Source: Lama glama
Lineage: Eukaryota
DNA length: 64,000 nucleotides
Assembly (NCBI GenBank): GCA_028534125.1
Contig: CM052816.1
Coordinates: 15,006,001 to 15,070,000, forward strand
Reading direction: 5' to 3'
Part shown: positions 1 through 11,620 of the stretch, piece after piece
Layout of the letters: every line of letters starts with the position of its first letter
How positions within the stretch are numbered: position 1 is the stretch's first letter
Translations under genes and position numbers: made by a program
Notes under the pieces: generated by a model
The model's input: the letters and a program-made list of their open reading frames with translations, nothing else
Databases searched by the model: none
What the model was told of the DNA's origin: nothing

Positions 1-373
1 GTCTCCAGTCACTATGAGGCCTGAAGGGTGGAGCTCTGGAAGCAAGGCAACTAGCCCACTGTACGGGATGGTTTCTAAGCTCCTGATCCAGCAAGCCCGC
101 TGGGACACAGGTCTAATGCACTATGTTCCCTCAACTGAAATGTCAAGTCTGCATTTATTACAGTAATTATCCATTGCACAAATATATGGACTAAACATTG
201 ATTCTGAGATCACACATTGTAATCTACCTAATACATCTACTGGGTCAAATAACACCATCAATTTTTCACACTGTTTTAAAGCCAAATTTGCTTCTCAGAT
301 ACTTAAAGGCATCTTGTTTTCTGGTAAATAATTGACACCGGTTTTGTGCCGGTCTCAGCCTATCAATAACCAA

Positions 374-867
374 TGTTGTGGTAGGACTGGCCCTTATGGT
401 TATTATGACTGCAAGACACCCTCAGCAATTAACCATCAGGGAAAAGAAAGAAAAAGTTGACTACTTACAGCTCTTGTAAATTGCACGGCTCACCTGTGGC
501 CACACAGCGAGATTGAGGGGAGAGAGAGAGAAAGCCCACGGGTACCCTAGGGTTCTGCTCTTATTGGAGTCGAGGGTGGGGACCTAGGGTTTCTGGGCTC
601 GCTCTTTATTGGTGAATTTAAAACATATGGGAGAGAATTGAAAGCGTGTGGGTGGGGAAAAGAGAGGCTCAAATGGTCAATTGTTGAAATTGACCAAGAT
701 CTCTAAAACAAAAGAGATGGGGGTGGCTGGCTCTTTATCCAGTCAAGTGCCTGCCACTGTTGTTTATCTGGGACAGGCCATCTTTGAAGTGAATGCCTCA
801 GCAATCAAAGATTAAGTCAGGCACTTGCACTAGAAAAAGAAAAGCCAAATGTCTCATTTATACGACA
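374..867 (-). mobile_element. Probable solo ERV-type LTR
   Basis: TG...CA-bounded ~0.5 kb segment with CCAATAAAG on the minus strand. No clear TSD and family not determined. Confidence 0.4.
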
Positions 868-966
868 ACCCCCAAAGCAGACCAGTCAAATCATAATGTT
901 CTGATAGAAGACATGGGAAAAAAAATGTGCAACTTTATGGTAATCAAAGAAATACAAGTTATACTA

Positions 967-1146
967 AGTACTGTATATAAAATAGTATACCGTATAGCAC
1001 ATGGAACTATATTCAGTATCTTGTAGTAACCTATAATGAAAAAGAATATGAAAAGGAATATATGTATGTATATGCACGACTCAAATATTATGCTGTACAC
1101 CAGAAGTTGACACATTGTAACTGACTATACTTCAGTTAAGAAAAAG
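967..1146 (+). mobile_element. L1 3' end fragment (artiodactyl/camelid type)
   Basis: tatagcacatggaactatattcagtatcttgtagtaacctataatgaaaaag...tgactatacttc plus A-rich tail. Highly similar to the L1 end at 37500-37665 in this window. Confidence 0.8.
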
Positions 1147-1784
1147 AACATCTAAATATCAGGAAGAAAAAGGAAAAAAAATCAGTAAAGAGCAAACAAA
1201 ACAAAACAAATTAAACCACAATGCTTTGCTTATCATATTTTCAAAGATGAGAATGACTGATAATATCTAGTGTTAGCAAGGTGTAGAAATTCTCATCAAC
1301 TCTTGGTGGGCGCACACTGCATTTCCAGGGGCCAATTTTGTAGTATGTATAAAAAGTTTAATGTGCATATTTTTTACTTAGTAGTTCCACTTTTTGGAAC
1401 TTATCCAGAAGGAACATTGGACAGTATGTCAAGTGTGGTAAAGAATGATCGTTACAGGACTGTTAACAGTAGTAAAACTTCAGAAAACTTTTAATAGATC
1501 TTAACAAAGACTGGCTAAGTAAATTATAGTGTAACCATACCATGCAATATGTGCAAATAATTTAACAGATTCATATTTATGTAGGAAAAAGCAAGTTACA
1601 GAAAGTACGATCCTTTAAAATATATGTACATATTTACAGGAAAAAATACATCTCTTAATGCTCCCTCCTATGCAAAGAAAACTCAGTCACTCTTACCTTT
1701 TCTGTATCCCTTTATGCACGCTGCCTCACAGGACTGCAGTGATTCATCTGGTTGGCAATGTTGGGGAGAATAAACAGTTAATAC

Positions 1785-2429
1785 CATTACGGAACCACAC
1801 TTGGGTCCGCTTGGTGACACACAGTAGAGCCAGTCTACGGACACCAGGTTGTGATGAAGGAAAACGCAGTGTTTGGTAGAGTCCAGGCGATTCATGCGCA
1901 AAAGACCAAGCTAGATGGGTTTCAGGGAAGAGTTTTTAAAGGCCAGGTGAGGGAGGGGCGTTGCAGTGCACGTGATCACCTCGTGCACAGTTCTCTGATT
2001 GGTTGATGGTGAGGGAAACAAGGCGGTGTCACAGGTGTTAACTGTTATCAATCCTCTGGCTCCAGCTTGTCCGGGGGCTGCGTGCTCATGGTCATCATGC
2101 CGTTAACTTCTTCCACCTGATAGGGATTTTAGTCCCTATAAAACAACTCAAGAATGTGCATCAAATACTGGGATCTATGTCTTTCAGGGAGGAACTAAAG
2201 ATTCGATGACTGCTATATGGCTGATTTACCCTTTAAACTGTTACCAGTTCTCCTGACTCAACTGCTATTTTTTTGTTGTTACTGTACGTTCACATTCTTT
2301 CAATTATGAACCCTTGAGCCAGCCTTCTGTGACTCGGAAGGCCTGGAGACTAAAGTTTTTCTACCAACAAGGCAGGAGGACATGGTGGGGTCTGTCCCAG
2401 AAGGCCCCATAGGGTCCTCCTTGATGACA
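1785..2429 (-). mobile_element. MER41-like (ERV1) solo LTR
   Basis: Begins (ca)ttacggaaccacacttgggtccgct...ggttgtgatgaaggaaaacgcag and ends gggtcctccttgatgaca. Resembles recalled artiodactyl MER41-like consensus. Confidence 0.65.
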
Positions 2430-4090
2430 ATTCTTCGCTCAGCAGTGCCCCTTTTCCTCTTGGAACTGAGCTGCCTGCCGGGAACACGAGCTCTTTTCTG
2501 CTCCTCCACGCTGTCTTTCCTGCCTGATACTGAGAGGGAAACCCTGAGTAATTCTGGAGTTCACTTAGCGGTCTCGACTTTGGCACCCACACTAATCGAT
2601 ATCCTCTAACTCATCTTTATCATTAATAAAGTCATTTTGCCTTATACCATTTATTTGTCTTGTTTATCAATTTATTCATTACTCTGGACAAGGAAGAAGG
2701 CTGCTATTTACTAGGTCCTTTCAAGCACCGATATGCATGGGAAAAGGCACAGAAAATAAACTCCAGCTCTTCAATAGTGTTCTAGTAGATACTTTACGTG
2801 CTACTTTCTAAATTGTGGGCTTCTGTATATTTTATTTTTTAAATATATGTCTATATAATTATGTATTACTTTCAGAACCAGTACAGAGAAATCAATACTG
2901 ATATTTCCATTTTGATTAAAAAGAGGAAGAAAACATATATAGCAATGATATTCTACTCTCTGTAAAATAAACATGGCCTCCTTAAATTATACTCCTTACG
3001 GCTGTCAAGAATACAATGAAATGGATATTGTCATTTACTCCTGGTGGCCGCTGGTCTTGCGGTTCATAATAGGATAATGATTTGCTTTGTCACTGCCTAG
3101 CTGTGTGACCTTGAATGAGTCATTTCCCTCATTTGTTAAATGTTTCTTTTAGGCTCTAACTTTCTAAGATTTTGTACACCGATGTTTAGTATACACTTTG
3201 GTAATTAATATCAGCTGTCAGCAAGCTGGTAGCGTTGTCTCTAAGTGTCTCATCTCCCTTTTTCCTGGGAACTCTCTGTCCTATCCATCGCCCACTGGCC
3301 CAGGGCTGATGGGACCAGAGGTGGCCCCCTCAATAAGGGTAATCCAATCAGTTTTTCTCTCTATGAAGAATTTAGAATGGGGATTTAGAAAAAGAAGGTA
3401 GGTTTTTGTGGACTGCTAGAAGCAAGGGTAAACAAATTTAGAAACTGTGGAAAAGAAAAGATAAAAACTGATCTATAGTGATAGGGAACAAAGAAGCAGA
3501 TTAAGAAAGATAATTAGAGAAGGTTAAGTTTTAAAAAAAAATTCTTCTGGCTTTTTAGTCTCTGGTCCCTTCTGGAGGCCCAACTGCCTTCCTATTCTTA
3601 GTTTCAGTGAGATAACCTGTCTTTATGATAGAGTGTCCTTTTTAGCTTAACTTACAACCAAAAAATCTGTTCTACAATGTACATCTCAACCTGCAGAAAT
3701 GGACCTGTTCAGGGGTGAGCAAAAAAGTGGAGTAAAAGTATTTTTATGCAAATTATGTTGATTTCTTTTGCCATCACCCATCTACACTTTAATTAGTAGG
3801 AACAATGTCCTGAGGGTAACAGCTAAACCTGGGGAAAAAAGGCAAGGAAATGGAAAAAAACGATTCTTAATAATAGCTATTTATTGACATTATGGTGTGT
3901 CAGGCATTGTGCTAAAAACTTTTTGAGATTATCTCACTGAATCTTCCCCACAAATCTGTTAAGATCTGTACTATAATTACTCTAATTTTTCAGATGATGA
4001 AACTGAGTCTGTAAAACTGCGAGAAGCAGTGCCTTGCCCAAGGTTCCCCAGCCAGTGACAGAGTTAATATCAGTTTCTTCCTTTCTGTAA

Positions 4091-4219
4091 GTAGAGTCAC
4101 CATGCATCCCAGTTTGCATGGGAGAGTCTCAGTTAACATCTTGTAACCTGAAATAATTATTAATGGTGTCCCCTTTCCGTCTCAAAAATGGACCTGACAA
4201 CAAATTACATGGCCACTCC
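4091..4219. mobile_element. MER81-like hAT MITE
   Basis: agagtcaccatgcatcccagtttgc...taattattaatggtgtccccttt...aaattacatggccactc with degenerate TIRs. Confidence 0.6.
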
Positions 4220-4223
4220 ATCT

Positions 4224-4442
4224 CAAGATTTCTCAGTCTTGGCACTATTGTCATTTTGGGCTGGGAAGCTCTTTGTTATGAGGGGCTGTCCTCTGCATTA
4301 CAGGGTGTTTACCAACACTGCTGGCCTCTACCCACTAGATGCCAGTAGCACCCCCGACCCAAGTAACAAAAACAAAAATGTCTCCAGATGTTGCCAGATG
4401 TGCCCTGAGGGGCAAAATTGCTCCTGGTTGAGGATCACCACA
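4224..4442. mobile_element. MER20 hAT-Charlie DNA transposon
   Basis: ttctcagtcttggcactattg...ggcctctacccactagatgccagtagcaccccc...aaaaatgtctccaga...gggcaaaattgctcctggttgag. Confidence 0.85.
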
Positions 4443-4937
4443 TCTAACGCCTATGCTCATAGACATTTAATTACAGAAGAAAAATATGATCTATTTGTTA
4501 CAGAACATGTACTATGAACCTACCTATTACACTGGCCGGCATACATCCTGTACTTAATAAAAGTTAATTTCTTGGGGGCATTATTTGATTTCCCAGTTGC
4601 AGAGAGGTGCGGGGGCTAAACAAACAATGAACAAGATGACTGGAGGGCTCTGTGATTAAAACTGGTTTGTTGCAATTCTTATTAGAGAAGACTGAGATAG
4701 TGTACTGGGAAGTGACCCAGAAACCCCTTGACTGCCCGTTCTAGTAACAATGGAATTTGATTCTTGATTCCACTGGGTGTCCTACCTTAGTAATGAACGT
4801 AGTAGCCAGCGAGCAACAGAGTAAACTTCATACCGCAGCCTTCTGCAACAATAACAGCTACTGATAATCGGTGTTCTGTTTTCTCCTACTTTTCTACTTA
4901 GAAACGACCACCATTTCTTTCATACCACCATTTTCCA

Positions 4938-4943
4938 TTTATT
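4938..4943 (-). terminator. Polyadenylation signal AATAAA
   Basis: tttatt on the plus strand, followed on the minus strand by tggaaaatggtggtatgaaa, like the recalled human mRNA end. Confidence 0.8.
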
Positions 4944-7032
4944 AGCAATAACAGAGGAAATACCAATAGCACCAATCAAAAATGAATCCACATGACGTGT
5001 TTGATCCTTAACAGCTGTAATAACTAGTAACTAACATGGATTGGAAAGCACTTTGCAAATGTAAAAAGTGCCGTACAGATACATCATAATCATCATCATT
5101 AGTAAATTAGCCCGATTCTCCTAGTATTCAAAAGGCACGTAAGGTCAGATACATGGGTTTCAGTGGGGCAAAATGATCACAACCTACAATGTAGCAATGG
5201 TTCACATGTGTTAGCAGTAAGTTTTACCCCATGCAATCCTGCAGAGCTGAAGTTACACACCCTTCAAAATATGGGAGAATGAAGCTTAAAGTAGACAAAA
5301 CAGGTCTGTTTTTTTTCTTTTTTTGAGATTTAATGCTTTTGTTTTAATAACAGACTCCTACCTCTTTTATGTTAACTTTTAAAAGATAACATAATTAATC
5401 AAACCTCTAAATTGCACATTGTAACAAAATTAAAATTCCTTATTGAAGGTGACGGTAAATTTGATAATTCTCTATGAGCTGATATTCCAGATAGTGTCAG
5501 GATTTCAGAGCATTCTGCGACTTCAGAGAGGTCAGATGGGTCAGTTTTGTGCTTGCATGCCCTCGGGGAATATCTTCAGTATTCATTCCAGAATTGTTAC
5601 TAGAAAACAACTGCTTCATCCATTCCCTTGCCAGCAGGAGTCTTGGCAAGAGACGGCTCTTGGCTGACCATAAATAAAATTCCTTGAATCACCAGTATCT
5701 TGATTTAAGAAAGAAATTTTACTGTGTCTTTCATACACAAAAGCTGATTAACAATGGTTAAAAAAAAAAAAACACTACTCCACTTTTTCACAGGTGTACA
5801 AAAAGGAAATATAATGGAATTACATTCAACAATAAAGCTTAAAGTTCACTCTAGGTAATAGTTGCATTAACATTCACATACACAAGCACAGAGTAAATAT
5901 AGTTCAGGAGTCTTATAATAGCATACAGCATACATATGGGAGATTGATTTCAGGGAACATCATAGGTGTTAGCAAGATTAGCAATGCAGAGTGTTATCGA
6001 AAAGGAAAACTAAACCAAAGAGAAGGTGTTGGCTAGCACACCAAGACAGGTCACAGAATTAGAGGGTTGAAAAGTCTGCTCACTGTATGAATGAGAAAAC
6101 GGTATTTTCCTTCCATTTCTGGGTCTTGATAGAGTTGGCTAGACAAGGTTGTGTATTCAAAGTGCACATAATTGTTTCTTAGAAAAGAGAGAGAGAAAGA
6201 TCCTTTCACTTAGTCATGAATACATGCAAGAGGCAGCCCCAGAGTGACCTGAAAGACTAAAGCTGTGACTGGCAGGTGGCCGGTATAATACAGATGTTTC
6301 AGGCAATTCTCTTAAAGCACTTCTGTAGCAGCAACGATCATTTTACATGGCTGTCGACTGGATTCTCTTTTGAGGAGAGCTTAGGGGAACTGTATTCATC
6401 ATATTTCTCTTTAAAGATTTATAGTTATAGATTCTTCTCTTTTTTTAAATAAATCTATCAAACAACAAACAGCATAAAGTGAGGTGTTGGGGTTTTTCTT
6501 TTGCTTTTGCATATGTGTTGCTGGAAAAGGACCTGACCTTTTCATAAACGTTGTGTGCGAAAGAGTTTTTAATAAAGTGAGCACAAGGACATATACAGGA
6601 AACACATCAGATCTGCTTCGGTTGCCCTGGTTGGCCCCCTGTTAAACACTGAGCTATTGGCTTGTAGGTATAATGCAGGTTTCAGGTTTCAGGTACAATG
6701 ACACCACAGCCAAGAGACCTTAGGGACTCCCAAAGCCTTGTCAGTGGGGGCAGTTTTGTCTGCTGGAGGGTGGCCGCCGCCTCTTGAGTTGTAAGATTTA
6801 GAAAGCCTGGTCCCTCTTAGTTTCACATTTCCGTTTATTTGCCTTTGTTTCCCAGCCCTCCTGGTCTAACCTGGCCCATCGCAGCCACTATCTGGCCCTC
6901 ACATACCCCCGGTGGCCACACATACCCAGTGGCCACAGACACTCAAGCTGCTCAATCTCAGAACCTTTCAGCCTGCCCTGCAAGTGTCATCAAGACAGGA
7001 TCCCCGGAGCACAGGGCAGAGAGTCCAACCTC

Positions 7033-7103
7033 TCACGGGCGGGGCTGGGAAGCCTCTCCTTTGCGGCGGAGGAGAAAGGAAACTTGGGTCTGCTTTTTAG
7101 GTT
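7033..7103 (-). CDS. PCDHAC2: Alternative B-isoform terminal coding segment (EPKKQTQVSFLLRRKGEASQPRP*)
   Basis: Internal donor CCCG|gtgagt (intron 7544-7104) and acceptor cttgttttcag|AACCTAAA. In frame, TGA at 7035-7033. Matches the recalled Pcdha B-type C-terminus. Confidence 0.85.
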
Positions 7104-7335
7104 CTGAAAACAAGCCAGAGTGGAGAGAGAGAGAGTTAACACCAGACTTAGGAAAGCTTTGAAGACAAAACCTGTTAAATGTGATCTAGACAGACACAGG
7201 GAACTTTCTGCAGATTTCTGAGGTCTATGAGAGGGGGCGCAAGTGGACAGGAGCAAGGAGGGGGGCGTTGCTACATGGGAGGGATTTGCCATTATTACAA
7301 AAACTGGCTAAGTGGCTTGTTTCCATGAGATGACC

Positions 7336-7646
7336 TCACTGGTCACTGTTGTCAGTCGTGCTGTTCCCTTTCTCCTTTTTCTCCTGGGTCTTGCTACCCT
7401 TCTTCTTTTTCTTCTTTTTCTTGGTCTCCTCCTTTTTGCCGAAGGTTATGAAGTCACTTTTGTCAATTTGGCTGTTAGTAGGCTCCTGCCGGATGGAGAT
7501 GATTGCGGGAGATCCTGGGATAATGAATTTGTCTGGCAACTCACCGGGACCCGACTGTTTGGGGTTGCCTGGTCCGTATTTAAAGGTCCAGCTGTTGCTG
7601 TTGACACCAGCACCGACTGGAGGGGACACCTCTCCTGCCTCTGGTT
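7336..7646 (-). CDS. PCDHAC2: PCDHA constant exon 3, coding part of A isoform ([10 protein letters not shown]...FITFGK...KKKKKKKK...NSDQ*)
   Basis: Acceptor tgtctttcag|AACCAG, TGA at 7338-7336. 59+89+311 = 459 nt, i.e. 152 aa plus stop, giving 1007 aa with the variable exon. Confidence 0.97.
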
Positions 7647-7959
7647 CTGAAAGACAAAGCATTGCCAGTCAGTCACAGAGTCAACACATGCCTTTCAGGT
7701 GTCACATGCGTGGGCTGAACTAAGGACAGGCTGCAGACACGGGCCTGGTCCCCAAGACGTCATGGGCTATTTTTTCAAGCCTGGGGCAAAGCCAATGTTT
7801 GGAAACAAGCAGGAAGGCAGATTTCTTCACCACAGGGTCCAGAAATCTAATTTTCTAGTAACATATTTTTGGTTCTTTGTGAAGAATTTCCTAAAGAATA
7901 TATGGTGGGATTATCTTGCCTGGAAATGGGGCGGAAAATGTACTGGATTATAGCAGAAT

Positions 7960-9830
7960 ATGAAATAAAACACCTAGCCATAAATTTAACCAAGGAGATG
8001 AAACACCTGCACACTGAAAACTTTACAACATTTATGAAAGAAACTGAAGAAGACAGAAACAAACAGAAAGATATTCCATGCTCATGGATTAGAAGAATTA
8101 ATATTATTAAAATGTCCATACTACCCAGAGCAATCTATAGATTCAATGCCATCCTATTAAAATTTCAATGGCATTTTTCATAGAAATAGAGCAAACAAAC
8201 CTAACATTTGTATGGAACCACGAAAGACTCTAAATAGCCAAAGGGTTCTCAAGAAAGCAGAACAAAACTAGAGGCACCAAGCTTCCAAACTAAATTACAA
8301 GGCTATAGTAACCAAAACGGTATGATGCTGGCATAGAAACAGACACATAGATCAACAGAATAGAATAGAGAGCCCAGAAATAAACTCATGCAAAAATGGC
8401 CAATTAGCTTACGACAACAGAGTCAAGACAGTCTCTTCAATAAATACTGTTAGGAAAAGCGGACAGCCACATACAAAAGAATGAAACTCGGCCTCTATCT
8501 TACACCATAAAAATTAAGTCAAAATGGATTACAGACTTGAACGTAAGACCTGAAACCATAAAACTCCTAGAAGAAAACATAAGCAATTATCTCTTTACCA
8601 TCAGTCTTAGCAATGATTTTTTTTTTGACTCTGACACGAAAAGCAAACATAAACAAATGGGACTACATCAAACTAAAAAGCTTCTGCACAAAAAAAAAGG
8701 AAACCAAACAAAATGAAAAGGCAACCTATGGAATGGGAGAAAATATTTGCAAATCATATATCTGATATGGGGTTAGTATCCAAAATACATAAAGAACTCA
8801 TAGAATTCAAAACCCACAAAGCCAACAATCTGATTAAAAAATGGGCAGAAGATCTGAATAGATATTTTTCCAAAGAAGATATACAGGTGGCCAACAGGTA
8901 TGTGAAAAGGCACTCAACGTCACTAATCATCAGAGAAACACAAATCAAAACTGCAGTGAGATATCACCTCGCACCTGTTAGAATGGCTGTTACCAGAAAG
9001 ACTAGAAGCAGCAAGTGTGGGTGAGGGTGTGGTGCACTGCTGATGGGATGGGAATGCAAATCGGTGTGGCCGTTATGGAAAAGCGTATGAAGGTTCCTCA
9101 AAAAATTAAAAATAGAGCCAGCCTATGTTCCAGCAATTCCACTTCTGGGTATGTATCTGAAGAAAACGAAAAACACTATTTTGAAAAGATACCTGCACCC
9201 CCATGTTCACTGCAGCATTATTTCCAATAGACAAGATATGGAAGCAACCTAAATGTCCACTGATGGATGAACAGATAAAGAAAATGTGAGATGTGTGTGT
9301 GTGTGTGTGTATAACATATATATCAATATTATTCAGCTATAACAAAGAATGACATCTTGCCATCTATGATAACATGAATGGACCTCGAGGGCATTATAAC
9401 TAAGTGAGATAAGTCAATATTTAAAATTTGACAAAATGAGAAAGACAAATACCATATGATCTCACTTACATGTGGAATCTGAAAAAAAAACTCATAGATT
9501 GGCGGCTGATAGAGGTGGGTGGTGGTGGTGGTGGTGAAGGGGGTTGACAGGTACAAACTTGCAGTTATAAAGTAAATTAGTCATGGGGATGTAGTGTACA
9601 GTATGGTAACTATAGTTAATAATACTGTACTGGGTATTTGAGAGCTGCTAAGAGAACAGATCTTAAGAGTTCTCATCATAATAAAAAGAAATTTTTGTAA
9701 CTATGTATAGTGACAGCTGTTAACTAAACTCACCGTGATCACTTTATAAGATATACAAAGATCGATTCATGTTGTACACCTGAAACTAATATAACGTCAT
9801 GTCAGTTATACTTCAATTAAAAATAAAAGA
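7960..9830 (+). mobile_element. 5'-truncated L1 (ORF2 C-terminus plus 3'UTR), antisense to PCDHA
   Basis: Frameshifted ORF2 peptides ([35 protein letters not shown]...[10 protein letters not shown]), L1MA-type 3'UTR and A-rich tail. Confidence 0.92.
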
Positions 9831-10299
9831 TATAGATACGTAGGTACATGTAAAGTATTACATAGGACTCAGAAGGAAAATGATTAATTACAGTTGAGAA
9901 AGTCAAAGGAGATTCCAGAAGAGAGGTGAAATTTGCACTGAGACTTGAGAACATGATTAGGCATCCACGAGGGTTTCCAATGTAAGTCTTTCACAAGAGT
10001 AGCTGGAAGACACACCATAAAGTTTACCAATAACTTCTAAAAGAGTAGAGGTCAGGGGCAGAGAGGAAGAGTAATGGTCTGTCTGTACAAAGTGATCCCA
10101 GTGGCTATGACATTGGAACCCTCTGACATCACAGCAGTGTTCACATATCTGATACTGCTCCTTTGGCGAAGGCACGAAAAGTTCTGCTGGATAAACCTTT
10201 TATGTTTGATGGCAGTTTGGGATTCTCTGCACCTGCTATTTCCATCTCCTTACCCCCCGCCACTTCTCAGGCTCCTCAAATTTGGCATCCTTGAGCACC

Positions 10300-11620
10300 A
10301 CTTTTCTAACGCTGCTCACATCAAGCTCACTTATTGCATTATTTCCAAAGCCAGTGGTCACATTTTAGGCTTCATCTCGTTGACGCTCTCAGCAGCATGT
10401 GTCACCCACTTCCTGAAATGCTTATTTTTTATGAGTTCCTTGTCAAACCACTTTCCTGACCATTTTCTCTGGCTGCTCTTTGTCAGCTTCCTCGCAGGAT
10501 CCTTTCACCTATGTGCTGGAACTTCCTTGGGTTTTGCCCTAGACCTTCCTCTCTTCTTTCTCTTCCTTCTCTACTTTGGGGATCTCAGCCTGTCCACGGT
10601 TATACATACCATCTAAATATGCTGATGAGATACAAATTTATACTTAAAGCCCATAGGTCTCTGGGCTCCAATCTCATGTATCCAACTGCTTATCTGGGCA
10701 GTCTCATGGGCATCTCAAACTGAAGGAATCCAAAATCAAAGTCATATTCCTTTCCTCTTTTCCTTTCTAAATTTCTCGTCTCAGTCAATGATACTCCATT
10801 TACTCCAACGTTCAAGCCAGAAAGTTCAGAGCCATTATTCATTTTTCGTTCTTCATTTATAATATACCAAGACCTGTCATTTCTGCCTCCTAAATATATC
10901 TTGACTTTGTCTTCTTCTCCCCATTTTCACGGCTGCTCCCTTTTTTCAGGACCCCATTATCTTGTATGTGAATTACAGCAATAGCCTCTCCTGGTTCAGC
11001 CTGCTTCTACTTTCCTTCCACACAGTAGCCAGCATCTTCCTTATTCTTTAAAGTCTTTCTTCCTTTTTTAAAAACTGAAGGATCACATACGCACAGTAAA
11101 ATCCTTTAAAAAATAGAAATTAGATTATAGCACTTCCTTGCTTAAAATTATTTGAAGATTTTCTGTTGCCTTGAGGGGGAAAAAAGTATATCAAACTGGT
11201 TAACTTAGTATATGATGCCCTTCAATAATTGGTTATTTTTTATTCTCCAATCTCATCTGTGTGTCTCCCTCTTACCACTGTCCTCCAGCCTCACCCGCTT
11301 TCCTTCAGTTCCTCAGCACCCCCTGGGGTTGTTTTTGCCTCAAGATCTGTACACATGTCTCCTTTTGCCTAGAATGATCTCCCCTTCATGCTTAGCATGA
11401 CTCCTCATTCTTCAAGTCTGTGCTTAAGTGGAACCTCCTCAGACAGGCATTCTGTGACCATCCTAGCCAAGCAGCACCCCTTCACCTCTATCTCTATCAC
11501 TGCGAGTCTGCAGACGCAGAAAATATGTATGTTTTATTCACCAATGTGTAACCAGTGTCTCGCACAATTCCTGGCTCATAATGGGTGTTCAATAAATACT
11601 TGCTGGATAGATGAATGAAA
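10300..11620 (+). mobile_element. Degraded L2 LINE
   Basis: Pyrimidine-rich L2 body ending caataaatacttgctggatagatgaatgaa. Confidence 0.7.

Larger units (their letters stand above)
4918..7335 (-). other. 3' UTR of PCDHA (constant exon 3)
   Basis: Repeat-free ~2.4 kb between the A-form stop and the AATAAA. The terminal sequence resembles the recalled human PCDHA mRNA end. The 3' boundary is approximate. Confidence 0.8.

Noticed and set aside
1..4900. HS5-1 enhancer with CTCF pair and canonical NRSE
   Set aside because: No full RE1 or strong CTCF motif seen. HS5-1 is expected much further downstream, outside the window.
7225..7241. CTCF-like AGGGGGCGC in the 3'UTR (similar partial hits near 6741 and 42690)
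   Set aside because: Only the 3' part of the core matches. The CCA(G/C)(C/T) half is missing or mis-spaced.
7869..9230. ORFs of 104, 103 and 71 aa as genes
   Set aside because: Frameshifted L1 ORF2 remnants.
10074..10616. 180-aa hydrophobic ORF
   Set aside because: Largely overlaps pyrimidine-rich degraded L2 sequence and has no domain signature.
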